From an uncultured bacterium (lineage in GTDB: Bacteria; Hydrothermota; Tepidihabitantia; SM23-42), in contig CAYQPW010000008.1 in the NCBI GenBank assembly GCA_964419565.1, positions 28,284-92,283 on the forward strand: a DNA stretch of 64,000 nucleotides, read 5' to 3'. A program made the position numbers and the translations under genes. Numbering within the stretch: position 1 is the stretch's first letter; each line of letters starts with the position of its first letter. Below, one piece after another: positions 20,458 through 29,674 of the stretch. Below the pieces are notes generated by a model. The model saw only the letters and a list, made by a program, of their open reading frames with translations, made no database searches and had not been told where the DNA came from.

Positions 20458-20529
20458 CGGCCCCAACGGGAATCGAACCCGTGTCTCCACCTTGAAAGAG
20501 TGATGTCCTAACCGCTAGACGATGGGGCC
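20458..20529 (-). tRNA. tRNA-Glu(TTC)
   Basis: revcomp GGCCCCATCGTCTAGCGGTTAGGACATCACTCTTTCAAGGTGGAGACACGGGTTCGATTCCCGTTGGGGCCG; anticodon loop CTTTCAA; G73 discriminator. Confidence 0.9.
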
Positions 20530-21023
20530 TTGTGCGTCAGAATGTACAAATTTCTGAAGGATTCATTGTCGACGATTGCCTGGTTTATTAAAAAATAGTT
20601 CTCGAGATTTGAATTGGTTGCCATGATTCGGTTACTCAAATCTTCACCCATTGCTAAAAGGAACTTTGCGGCAACTTTCGGATTCTCACTTAAAATTTCC
20701 ATGAAATCCTGTTTCTTCAAGGTCAACAACCGGCAATTTGTCTTGGCTTTGACTGTAGCAGACCTTGGTTTTTCGGTAAGCAGAGCCATTTCACCAAAAA
20801 ATGACGCTTCCTGCAATTCCGATAAAAGCAAAACAACATCACCGCGCGTCAAGTAAACTTCAACTCTCCCGGATTCAATTATGTACATCTCATCGCCGGT
20901 CGTACCTTCTTTAATAATCACCGTATTCTCTTGTATGTCTCGTGTTTTCCATTTAACGAGCATCCAATCAATCTCCTGAGGAGTCAGGTATTTAAAAAGC
21001 CTAACCTTTGTAATATCCTTCAT
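20508..21023 (-). CDS. Cyclic nucleotide-binding domain protein
   Basis: 171 aa, cNMP-binding fold motifs (GDEMYIIESGRVEV, FFGEMALL...RSATVKA); 3' end overlaps tRNA-Glu by ~22 nt. Confidence 0.7.
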   Translation of the reverse strand: MKDITKVRLFKYLTPQEIDWMLVKWKTRDIQENTVIIKEGTTGDEMYIIESGRVEVYLTRGDVVLLLSELQEASFFGEMALLTEKPRSATVKAKTNCRLLTLKKQDFMEILSENPKVAAKFLLAMGEDLSNRIMATNSNLENYFLINQAIVDNESFRNLYILTHKAPSSSG

Positions 21024-21074
21024 AAACCCATTCTATTCATATTTGGCTAATTGTCAAGACCACTATTTTGGAAG

Positions 21075-22730
21075 CTACAATAAAACAAACTTCTTTACGA
21101 TCGATGATCTTCCGATCTTAAAACAGCAAAAATATATACCTTTCTGAGCGTATAAGTTGTTATCTGTATATCGATCCCATGTAACCATATGCCCGGGGTT
21201 TTCAAAGATCTTGACGGTTCGTCCACACGCATCATAGATCTCAAGCTGTGTCTGATCAAACCCCGCGTATTGTGAACTAATAATTAATGTGATTTTTCCT
21301 GATCCTGGATTTGGCACAACCAGCAGACTTTTCTCACCAGGTAAATATTCGGGGATTTCTTGAACATAAGGTGAAGCCGTGTCTTTGATGGCTAAAAAGG
21401 CATCCTGGTCACCGAGTCTAGTATCAGTCCAGAGGGGGTGAATGTCATCTATCGACGATGCCGTGAGGCCGATATATTCACCGAGAAGCCCAGCCCGGTC
21501 AGCGAGTATAAAAGGGGTGTCATACTTGACCGGATAACCATCCAGACCCGCCCAGGAACCAGCCGTTGGATCCGATGAAATCGTTGTTATTCTTTCATTA
21601 GTAGACCAGGTAGTACCACCATCAGTCGATATTGTCATGTATAGGTCCATGAGCAGATTTCCAGAGTCAAGCCTTCGATCAAGAAAAACAACGATAATAT
21701 CACCAGCAGGCGTAACTGTGAGCCAGGGGTGGAACTGATCACAGCCATTGTTTTGAGGGTCATCATTAATGCGTATTTTCTGACTCCAGGTAGAGCCACC
21801 GTTTGTTGAACGGGTAAAAAAGATATCAGTATCAGTATATCCAGGTCCATCATCCATGTATGCCACATACATATGACCACTATTCGGCCCGCCGGTTATA
21901 TCGACATCGAGTGCTGGAAAAGAAAAGACTGCGATATTACCGTTGATAGACCCGGAGACAAAAGTGACATTTTGAATTGTAATATCGTTTCCAAAAGTCT
22001 GCCCGCCATCAGTCGAGATATCCAAACGGATCGAACCGGGGTAATAATGCACCCAGGCCACATAGACTTCGCTATTTGGTCCGACCGCAGGGACTGGCCA
22101 CTGGACTCCATTATAATCACTTACCGATACCGGACCGACAAAAGAGCTTCCGCCATCAGTTGAACGGCATAAAAGGATTTGGGTATTATTGAATCTTGCC
22201 CATGCTACATAGAGGTTATTAGTATATGGGCCTGCTGAACGGTCACAAGCGATGAGTTCCTTGTCCTCAAAGACACCGGCAACTCCATTAATAACGGTAA
22301 CCGGGCTACTCCATGTTGCTCCGCCGTCAGTTGATTTATAAACGAACAATCCATTAGGTTCTGAGGTTGAGTTATACGAAAGGATAACTGCATAAAAATT
22401 CCCTGCTGTATCTACGGTCAAACCAGGATCACTATCCCAAACATATTGAGGTTCGTAAAATAGATCCTGATCCCAGGTTAGACCTCCATCATAGGTATAT
22501 GCATAAGCAACTTGGCGATAGCCAAGTCTGAAATCACGCCATACTGCGACCATATTAGTCGTATCAGTAGGGTTCATCACGATCTGCTCTTCATTTTGTA
22601 CCTGATTTGTCGTGTCATTATTGACACGAATATTGAGATACGCTGAATCGCGTTGCCATATAGATCCGATAAGGTATGACGGTACAGCGATTCCCCAAAT
22701 AATACCTATTAGTAGAGAAAATTTTCTCAT
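21075..22730 (-). CDS. Secreted BNR/Asp-box repeat (sialidase/GH-like beta-propeller) protein with T9SS C-terminal sorting domain
   Basis: Signal peptide MRKFSLLIGIIWGIAVPS; five S-x-D-x-G-x-T-W/F Asp-box repeats (STDGGATWS, STDGGSSF, STDGGQTF, STNGGSTWS, STDGGTTWS); C-terminal ~80 aa Por CTD. Confidence 0.8.
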   Translation of the reverse strand: MRKFSLLIGIIWGIAVPSYLIGSIWQRDSAYLNIRVNNDTTNQVQNEEQIVMNPTDTTNMVAVWRDFRLGYRQVAYAYTYDGGLTWDQDLFYEPQYVWDSDPGLTVDTAGNFYAVILSYNSTSEPNGLFVYKSTDGGATWSSPVTVINGVAGVFEDKELIACDRSAGPYTNNLYVAWARFNNTQILLCRSTDGGSSFVGPVSVSDYNGVQWPVPAVGPNSEVYVAWVHYYPGSIRLDISTDGGQTFGNDITIQNVTFVSGSINGNIAVFSFPALDVDITGGPNSGHMYVAYMDDGPGYTDTDIFFTRSTNGGSTWSQKIRINDDPQNNGCDQFHPWLTVTPAGDIIVVFLDRRLDSGNLLMDLYMTISTDGGTTWSTNERITTISSDPTAGSWAGLDGYPVKYDTPFILADRAGLLGEYIGLTASSIDDIHPLWTDTRLGDQDAFLAIKDTASPYVQEIPEYLPGEKSLLVVPNPGSGKITLIISSQYAGFDQTQLEIYDACGRTVKIFENPGHMVTWDRYTDNNLYAQKGIYFCCFKIGRSSIVKKFVLL

Positions 22731-22823
22731 GAAACCTCCTGAAATAATTATATGAAGCATCATGTGTTTGTCAACACAGGTGAATTATCGGGCACAAAGA
22801 TTTGACAACAGAGCATTTGCATC

Positions 22824-22851
22824 TTGATTTTTTCTTAATGCCAAGTATAAT
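22824..22851 (+). promoter_or_regulatory. Promoter TTGATT-N16-TATAAT with ATG 7 nt downstream (leaderless candidate)
   Basis: -10 TATAAT 22846-22851, ATG 22859. Confidence 0.4.
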
Positions 22852-22858
22852 ACCAGAG

Positions 22859-23587
22859 ATGTCTAAAAAGTCGATATACGACACGTTGAACCAAAAAAAG
22901 CCTGGTGTACTGGCACTTTTTGACCCTGATCGCATGGCTATTGATCAAGTTGGAGAAATAACAGAGTATGTTAGCGCCCGAGGTGTTGCAGGTATTCTTG
23001 TCGGCTCATCTATCCTTATATCACCACACCTCGATACTTTTATTGCCGAAGTAAAAAATCATACAAAGAAACCCGTGATTCTTTTTCCTGGAGGTTCTCA
23101 TCAAGTTTCGGCAAATGCCGATGCGATATTCTTTTTGTCATTATTGAGTGGAAGGAATGCCGAGTATCTGGTGGGCGAACAGGTCAAGGCAGTATTCCTG
23201 GTCAAGGAATATGGTCTTGATGTTATCCCGGTAGGTTATATTCTTATTGAATCAGGACATTGCACAGCAGTCGAGTACATGTCAAATACTCGTTCAATCC
23301 CCCGTTTAAAACCCGAGATCGCCATGGCGCATGCACTGACCGGTGAATATTTCGGGATGAAATACATATACCTTGAAGCAGGTAGCGGTGCTGAGCAAGC
23401 AGTCCCTATTGAGGTGGTGAAAAAGGTAAAAGAGACTATCTCTATCCCGCTGATCGTTGGCGGGGGTATAAGAAGTGCCGAGACTGCTCAGGGGTTAATC
23501 AAAGCTGGTGCTGATTACATTGTACTTGGTAGCATTATAGAACGATCCAAGGAACAATTTGAAGTAATTATGAAAGGAGCGGGATGA
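22859..23587 (+). CDS. pcrB: Geranylgeranylglyceryl/heptaprenylglyceryl phosphate synthase (PcrB/GGGPS family)
   Basis: IYLEAGSG and LIVGGGIRSAETAQGLIKAGADYIVLGS align to B. subtilis PcrB FYLEYSG / LFYGGGIKDAETAKQYAEHADVIVVGN. Confidence 0.8.
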   Translation: MSKKSIYDTLNQKKPGVLALFDPDRMAIDQVGEITEYVSARGVAGILVGSSILISPHLDTFIAEVKNHTKKPVILFPGGSHQVSANADAIFFLSLLSGRNAEYLVGEQVKAVFLVKEYGLDVIPVGYILIESGHCTAVEYMSNTRSIPRLKPEIAMAHALTGEYFGMKYIYLEAGSGAEQAVPIEVVKKVKETISIPLIVGGGIRSAETAQGLIKAGADYIVLGSIIERSKEQFEVIMKGAG

Positions 23588-24870
23588 AGATCTTAATTGT
23601 CGGCGGTGGTGGTCGGGAACATGCTCTTGCCTGGAAACTGAGTAAAGCAAAAAAGGTTAAAAAGATCTATGCTGCACCAGGTAATCCTGGTATTGCGGAA
23701 CTCGGAACATGTGTTAATATTCTATCTTCGGACATCAAAGGTTTGGTCCGTTTTGCTGAAGAAAAGAAGATTGATCTGACTGTTATCGGGCCTGAAGTTC
23801 CTCTTGCTTTGGGTATTGTCGATGAGTTCGAGCAGAGCGGATTGAAAATATTCGGCCCTAACAAGAGTGCAAGCCGCATCGAGGCTGACAAATCCTTTGC
23901 CCGTGATTTCATGCACCGGTTCGGCATACCGGCACCGAAATTCCAGGTGTATGATACTGCTTCTGAGGCTCTTAAATATACCAAAACGATCAGCAAATAC
24001 CCAGTTGTTATTAAAGCATCAGGATTAGCCTCAGGAAAGGGCGTATTTATCGCTAATACCAAGAAAGATTACGAAAAGCAGATCGATGAAATTTTGGTAC
24101 AGCACCGTCTCGGTGAAGCAGGTAAGCGGGTAGTCGTCGAGGAATTCCTCACCGGACAGGAGGCTTCGATATTTATCTTGACTGATGGTATGGCGATCAC
24201 CTATTTACCATCTTCACAAGACCATAAAAAACTTTATGATCGCAATCGGGGCCCTAATACCGGCGGCATGGGAGCTTATGCTCCTTATCCGACAAACCGC
24301 CGTGTTAGTACTATTATTGAACAGGTTATTATTCAGCCGACAGTTCTATCCTTAAGAGATCAGGGGATTAACTATAAAGGCGTGCTCTATGCGGGTATAA
24401 TAATAACTTCGTTAGGACCAAAAGTCCTGGAATTCAACTGCCGTTTTGGCGATCCTGAAGCCCAGGTGATCCTGCCCATAATTGAAGGAGATATGCTTGA
24501 AATGATGCTTGCCGTGGTCGACGGTAAGCTTGCTGACGTTGAGGTTAAGACGAAAAATCAGTGGTCGATATGTGTTGTTTTAGCGTCAGGCGGATATCCA
24601 TTTGATTATCGAGTCGGCGAGGAGATACAGTTTAAAGAGAAATTATCCACTAAGACGATTATTTTCCAGGCCGGGACAAAAAAAGAGAATTCAAAGCTCG
24701 TTACTGCATCTGGACGGGTATTGAATGTCGTTACAACACATGAAAATTTGAAAGTGGCTAAACAGAAAGTCTATAGTGAAATTAAGAAAATACACTTTAA
24801 AGGCATGTACTACCGCAAGGATATCGGTAATTCAGGCATGAAGAAGATGAAAAGAAAGAGGCGAAAATGA
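23584..24870 (+). CDS. purD: Phosphoribosylamine--glycine ligase
   Basis: MKILIVGGGGREHALAWKL, ATP-grasp; 428 aa. Confidence 0.95.
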   Translation: MKILIVGGGGREHALAWKLSKAKKVKKIYAAPGNPGIAELGTCVNILSSDIKGLVRFAEEKKIDLTVIGPEVPLALGIVDEFEQSGLKIFGPNKSASRIEADKSFARDFMHRFGIPAPKFQVYDTASEALKYTKTISKYPVVIKASGLASGKGVFIANTKKDYEKQIDEILVQHRLGEAGKRVVVEEFLTGQEASIFILTDGMAITYLPSSQDHKKLYDRNRGPNTGGMGAYAPYPTNRRVSTIIEQVIIQPTVLSLRDQGINYKGVLYAGIIITSLGPKVLEFNCRFGDPEAQVILPIIEGDMLEMMLAVVDGKLADVEVKTKNQWSICVVLASGGYPFDYRVGEEIQFKEKLSTKTIIFQAGTKKENSKLVTASGRVLNVVTTHENLKVAKQKVYSEIKKIHFKGMYYRKDIGNSGMKKMKRKRRK

Positions 24871-25277
24871 AGGTTTGGATATTCATGGGCAGTAAGTCTG
24901 ACAATGAGGTTATGATGAATGCCGAGGAGATTCTTAAAAAAGAATCTGTTCCTTTTGAAACTTTCATCTATTCAGCACACCGTGAGCCCGAAAAAATTAA
25001 AGCATTACTGGTCAAGGCAAAAGATGAAGAAGTCATCGCAATTATTGCGGGCGCTGGATTAGCTGCCCACCTGCCAGGTTTTGTCGCATCCCAGACAGAC
25101 ATCCCGGTTTTGGGTGTGCCCTTACCAGGTTCGACACTGGGTGGTATTGATTCATTGCTTTCGATCGTCCAGATGCCATCAGGTGTGCCAGTCGCATGTT
25201 TCGGGATCGGAAAACACGGGGTGAAGAACGCGGCGCTATTTGCCGCGCGACTATACCATCTTTTAGATAAAAAGTAA
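24867..25277 (+). CDS. purE: 5-(carboxyamino)imidazole ribonucleotide mutase
   Basis: 136 aa; SAHR motif, GAGLAAHLPG, PVLGVP. Confidence 0.9.
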   Translation: MKVWIFMGSKSDNEVMMNAEEILKKESVPFETFIYSAHREPEKIKALLVKAKDEEVIAIIAGAGLAAHLPGFVASQTDIPVLGVPLPGSTLGGIDSLLSIVQMPSGVPVACFGIGKHGVKNAALFAARLYHLLDKK

Positions 25278-25305
25278 TAAAACCTTAGTTTTTTAATTAA
25301 CTCCT

Positions 25306-26397
25306 ATGTTGATAAATATCAAAGATACAAAAGAGTTTTATTCCCGGATCATAGAGAATCTTAAAAAGGGACGGATCATAGCATTACCCACGGATACAAT
25401 ATATGGTTTTGCAGTTGATGGGGTCAATACAAAGGCATTGGAAAGATTAACGAAAATCAAAGAGCGCGAAGATAAGCCGTTTACATTCTTCACATCAAGG
25501 AATCGTATAGAAGATTATGCACATATTACCAAAAGAAATATCATTGAGTGTTTTGTGCCCGGACCGATTACCGTCATATTGAGAAGAAACAAGGGGAAAC
25601 CATTGCCCGTGGAAAAAGATAAGATCGGTATCAGAATTCCGCAGGTTGATTTTATCATTAAACTTCTGAGTAAATATGATAACCCCTTGGCAGTAACGAG
25701 TGCAAATCGATCAGGAGAGTTAACACTCCATTCAGCTTTGGATATTGTCGAGCAATTCCCCGGAGTCGATCTGGTTATCGATGGCGGTAGGCTTATTTCA
25801 GAGCCATCGACAGTTATTGATCTTGCGACTACGCCACCGGTCGTAAAAAGAAAAGGAGTTGTCCCGATCCTTGAAATAGAAAGAGTCTATGGACACAATA
25901 TAATGCTCGAGCATTCCCTTAAATTCAACGTGCTTTTTGTATGCAGCGGCAATACTTGCCGAAGCCCTATGGCCGAAGGTCTTCTAAAAACTATGGTCGA
26001 TGAAGACTACTGTGTTGTCAAATCAGCTGGCACATTACCGATGAACGGGCTGCCGCCTTCAGCGAACAGTGTGCAGGTCGTTAAAGAGTACGAGGGGTCT
26101 ATTAGGGATCACTTATCTCAAACCGTGAGTAAAGAATTGATAGGCTGGGCTGATTTGATCCTGGTAATGGGTTATAAGCATTTCCAGCACATTATTGATA
26201 TCCAACCCGCGGCTGTCATTAAAACCTCACTTCTAAAAGAATATAAAAGGAAAGTCAAGTATAATGAAATTTCTGACCCGGTCGGGCAGGATATCGACGC
26301 TTACCGGGATAGCGCAGAGAGTATGCTGCCTTCACTCAAACTCATTGCGCGAGATATCAAGAGAAGATTTGAAAAAAGAGTAAAGAGTAAGGAGTAA
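25306..26397 (+). CDS. L-threonylcarbamoyladenylate synthase (TsaC/YrdC/Sua5 domain) fused to C-terminal low-molecular-weight protein phosphatase (LMW-PTP/arginine-phosphatase-like) domain
   Basis: N-terminal YrdC fold (ALPTDTIYGFAVDG, VTSANRSGE); C-terminal P-loop LFVCSGNTCRSPMAEG (CX5R). Confidence 0.85.
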   Translation: MLINIKDTKEFYSRIIENLKKGRIIALPTDTIYGFAVDGVNTKALERLTKIKEREDKPFTFFTSRNRIEDYAHITKRNIIECFVPGPITVILRRNKGKPLPVEKDKIGIRIPQVDFIIKLLSKYDNPLAVTSANRSGELTLHSALDIVEQFPGVDLVIDGGRLISEPSTVIDLATTPPVVKRKGVVPILEIERVYGHNIMLEHSLKFNVLFVCSGNTCRSPMAEGLLKTMVDEDYCVVKSAGTLPMNGLPPSANSVQVVKEYEGSIRDHLSQTVSKELIGWADLILVMGYKHFQHIIDIQPAAVIKTSLLKEYKRKVKYNEISDPVGQDIDAYRDSAESMLPSLKLIARDIKRRFEKRVKSKE

Positions 26398-26473
26398 GGA
26401 GTAAACAGTATGGAGTATTGGAATACGAATACGACACACGAATCACGAATACGGAGCAATAATCTGTAATCAT

Positions 26474-27961
26474 ATGAAGGTATTATTAGCCGGCTTTAAT
26501 GTCGACCTCGGTGCGCTTAAAGAATACAAGAAAAAGAACGTTATTTTAACACCCGAGTCGATATCCGCAGCTTATGCCCGGATCAGCCGAAGTCCTAAAG
26601 AAGTAGATAAACTGAGACAGGAATCAAGAAAAGAGGTCGCTAAAGCGCGGCGTTCTAACCGGACGATTATTTTTGAGATGGGGCACCATTCAGTCGCCGA
26701 ACACGCAGTCTTTAATTTTGATATAATCGGTATTTCACGTATCGCCATCGAAGAACTCGAAAAATTCCGTTTGTGTTCTTATACGGAAAAATCCCAGCGT
26801 TATGTAAGATTAAAAGGTGATTTTGTCATTCCCGAAGAATTAGCTAAATCCGATTTAGTCGATGAGTACTGTGCGATGATAAAAATCCAGAACGACACTT
26901 ATAAAGAACTATATGAAAAAATCAGTGCCCATAACATCGAGAGACTTTCCGGTAAAGAAATAAACAAAAAACAGACGAAGATATTATATAATTTAGCCAA
27001 GGAGGATGCAAGATATATCCTTTCTATGGCGACACAAACCCAGGTCGGCGCGACGATAAATGCACGTAACCTCGAATTAATGATCAGGCGATTTGCTTCC
27101 CATAATTTAAAGGAGGTCAACGAGCTTGGACAAAAATTCTATGCATTAGTACACAAGATCGCGCCTTCGATCATATTATTCCATAAAGCCAATGACTATG
27201 ACCAAAAAACATACCCTGGTTTGCAGAAACACATGAGAAATTTTGAGGTTGAGAAGATCAGAAATTCTGAAAAGAAAAAAAACAGTGACGTTGAGCTTGT
27301 CGATCATACGCCAGATGGAGATAATAAAATACTCACGGCACTTTTATTCAAGTCGTCGAAATTAACTTATAAACAAGCACTACAAGCTATAAAGAAGATG
27401 TCAAAAAAGAAGAAAATTGAATTTTTTAAGAAAGCATGTTCTAATATGGAGTTATACGATGTCGCATTGAGAGAATTTGAATATGCTAACCTGACGTATT
27501 CCTTGATCGTTTCTGCTGGTTGTTTTGGCCAGCTTAAGCGCCACCGTCTTGCTTCAATGACATGCCAGGATTATGACCCCGCACTCGGTTTTACGATCCC
27601 CGATTCAGTGATAGATGTCAATGAGGAGAAAAAATTTGTTGATATAATAAAGAAATCCGAAGAAGTCTACGAAAAAATAGAAAAAAAACACCCGCATCTT
27701 GGTGCATACATCCTCACTAATGCGCACCGCAAAAGAGTACTTTTAAGAGTCAATCTCAGAGAGCTCTATCACATATCCCGTTTGCGCGAAGATCCTACAG
27801 CACAGTGGGATATAAGAGATAAAGCAAAAAAAATGTCGGCACTTGCCAGAAAGGTCATGCCCATAACCGCGTCACTGCTCGCAGGCAAATCAGATTATCC
27901 AAAGATCTACAAAGCTGTATATGGAAAAAACCCAAAGATAACAGAAGTTCCCCCGTTATAA
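26474..27961 (+). CDS. thyX: Tandem-domain flavin-dependent thymidylate synthase ThyX (two ThyX-like halves)
   Basis: First half EHAVFNFDIIGISRIAIEELEKFRLCSYTEKSQRYV (RHR replaced by KFR, S-QRY kept); second half FGQLKRHRLASMTCQD (RHR kept, Ser/QRY lost); 495 aa. Confidence 0.8.
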   Translation: MKVLLAGFNVDLGALKEYKKKNVILTPESISAAYARISRSPKEVDKLRQESRKEVAKARRSNRTIIFEMGHHSVAEHAVFNFDIIGISRIAIEELEKFRLCSYTEKSQRYVRLKGDFVIPEELAKSDLVDEYCAMIKIQNDTYKELYEKISAHNIERLSGKEINKKQTKILYNLAKEDARYILSMATQTQVGATINARNLELMIRRFASHNLKEVNELGQKFYALVHKIAPSIILFHKANDYDQKTYPGLQKHMRNFEVEKIRNSEKKKNSDVELVDHTPDGDNKILTALLFKSSKLTYKQALQAIKKMSKKKKIEFFKKACSNMELYDVALREFEYANLTYSLIVSAGCFGQLKRHRLASMTCQDYDPALGFTIPDSVIDVNEEKKFVDIIKKSEEVYEKIEKKHPHLGAYILTNAHRKRVLLRVNLRELYHISRLREDPTAQWDIRDKAKKMSALARKVMPITASLLAGKSDYPKIYKAVYGKNPKITEVPPL

Positions 27962-28017
27962 TTATATAATCCTTGACACCTACACTGTATCGTTGATAAT
28001 AAGGCAAGGAGAGGATC

Positions 28018-29526
28018 ATGAAAAAAAATATGCTCCTTTTGATTGTTTTGCTCGGCAATTCACTTTTTGCTGCAAATTATTTTGTCGCACCGTGGGGTAA
28101 TGACGGTTATAGCGGGCTCTCATGGGATTCTGCCTTTGTGACCCTACAGCATGCTGCAGATATCGTTGTACCGGGTGATTCCGTATTTGCTGAGAGCGGC
28201 GCGTATGTGGGTTTTGACTTGAGGACCAGCGGTACGATGTCGCTGCCCATAGTTTTTATCGGTTATGGCGATACAACGACGATCATTACCCAAAATAACG
28301 AGACTCCGGACGGTATAAATATTGAAAACGCTGATTGGGTCGTGATCGATGGTTTTTATGTCGTCGGCATACAAAGAGCCGGTATCCGGGTTGCAGTGTC
28401 CGAGCATGTCGTTGTAAAAAACAATGTATGCAGTAATAATGGAACATGGGGGATTTTCACGGGCTTTGCTGATTTTGCAGTCATTGAAAATAATCTGTGT
28501 ATGTATTCACAGCAAGAACACGGCATTTATTTTTCCAATAGCGCCGACCATCCGACAATAAGATACAATACTTGCCATCACAACAACGCAAATGGCATCC
28601 ACATGAACGGTGACGAGTCTATGGGTGGTGACGGGCTGATAACCGATGCCACGGTTGAAGGAAATATTATATATGAAAATGGCCAGGCCGGAGGCTCCGG
28701 GATTAATTGCGATGGTGTTGCCGATTCAAAGATCTTCAATAACCTTTTATATATGAATCATGCAAGCGGTATCAGCCTTTACCGCATAGACGCTTCAGCT
28801 GGTTCCTATAATACAAAGGTTTTTAATAATACGATAATCAATGCATCAGACGGAAGGTGGTGTCTGAATATCAATAATGGTTCTTATGCAGATACAGTTT
28901 ATAATAATATCCTGATCAATCTCCACACCTGGCGCGGCAGTATCGCTATAGATGCTTCTTCACTTTCTGATTTCTGCAGTGACTATAATATCGTCGTTAA
29001 TAGGATGAGTAATGACGGCGGTAATACGAGCATGTCACTCGCGCAGTGGCAGGTATTGGGTTATGATCTCAATTCGTTCCTTGCCGACCCTCTTGATAGC
29101 ATTTTTACTGACTGGTCAGGTGGTGATTACCATTTACAGGATAATTCCCAGGCCATCGATGCGGGCACTGATCTGGTCAGTCTGGTAGTTCAATATGACC
29201 TCGATGGTGTTATAAGACCCCAGGGTGCAGGATATGATATCGGCGCTTATGAAAAACTGCAAACCGGGATTTTCCAGGTGCATGATCTAAACAAATCTGG
29301 ATTCTGCATAATCCACCAGGCATCGAAAAATATACTATTCAAAAACCTAAGTAACGGCGATATGATCAAGCTTTATAATACCCAAGGTCGATTGATCCGT
29401 GATTCAGGCAGAATATCTTGTGCTGAATATGAATTACACACGAGGAGTTTGGCAAATGGTGTTTATTTCTGTGTTATTCACCGGGGATCACAAATACTCA
29501 AAGGCAAGATAGTCTTGATTAGATAG
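28018..29526 (+). CDS. Secreted right-handed parallel beta-helix repeat protein with T9SS C-terminal sorting domain
   Basis: Signal peptide MKKNMLLLIVLLGNSLFA; repeated NN/GI beta-helix rungs; C-terminal CTD ...GVYFCVIHRGSQILKGKIVLIR. Confidence 0.75.
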   Translation: MKKNMLLLIVLLGNSLFAANYFVAPWGNDGYSGLSWDSAFVTLQHAADIVVPGDSVFAESGAYVGFDLRTSGTMSLPIVFIGYGDTTTIITQNNETPDGINIENADWVVIDGFYVVGIQRAGIRVAVSEHVVVKNNVCSNNGTWGIFTGFADFAVIENNLCMYSQQEHGIYFSNSADHPTIRYNTCHHNNANGIHMNGDESMGGDGLITDATVEGNIIYENGQAGGSGINCDGVADSKIFNNLLYMNHASGISLYRIDASAGSYNTKVFNNTIINASDGRWCLNINNGSYADTVYNNILINLHTWRGSIAIDASSLSDFCSDYNIVVNRMSNDGGNTSMSLAQWQVLGYDLNSFLADPLDSIFTDWSGGDYHLQDNSQAIDAGTDLVSLVVQYDLDGVIRPQGAGYDIGAYEKLQTGIFQVHDLNKSGFCIIHQASKNILFKNLSNGDMIKLYNTQGRLIRDSGRISCAEYELHTRSLANGVYFCVIHRGSQILKGKIVLIR

Positions 29527-29589
29527 TCAATTCATAATTTGATATACACTCTATTTCTATGTCATTTCCCCTATTACAGTTACTGTGTC

Positions 29590-29626
29590 ATTCCCCGATT
29601 TAATCGGGGAATCCATTTTCTTATTT
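29590..29626 (+). terminator. Hairpin terminator candidate (11-bp stem, 1-nt loop, T-rich tail)
   Basis: ATTCCCCGATT-T-AATCGGGGAAT followed by CCATTTTCTTATTTT. Confidence 0.55.
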
Positions 29627-29654
29627 TGACAATACAAATACCTGGTGATATAAT
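29626..29654 (+). promoter_or_regulatory. Promoter TTGACA-N17-TATAAT upstream of the frameshifted mini T9SS gene
   Basis: TTGACA 29626-29631, TATAAT 29649-29654, GAGGGAAA RBS 29662-29669. Confidence 0.45.
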
Positions 29655-29674
29655 CAATAGTAGAGGGAAATATA

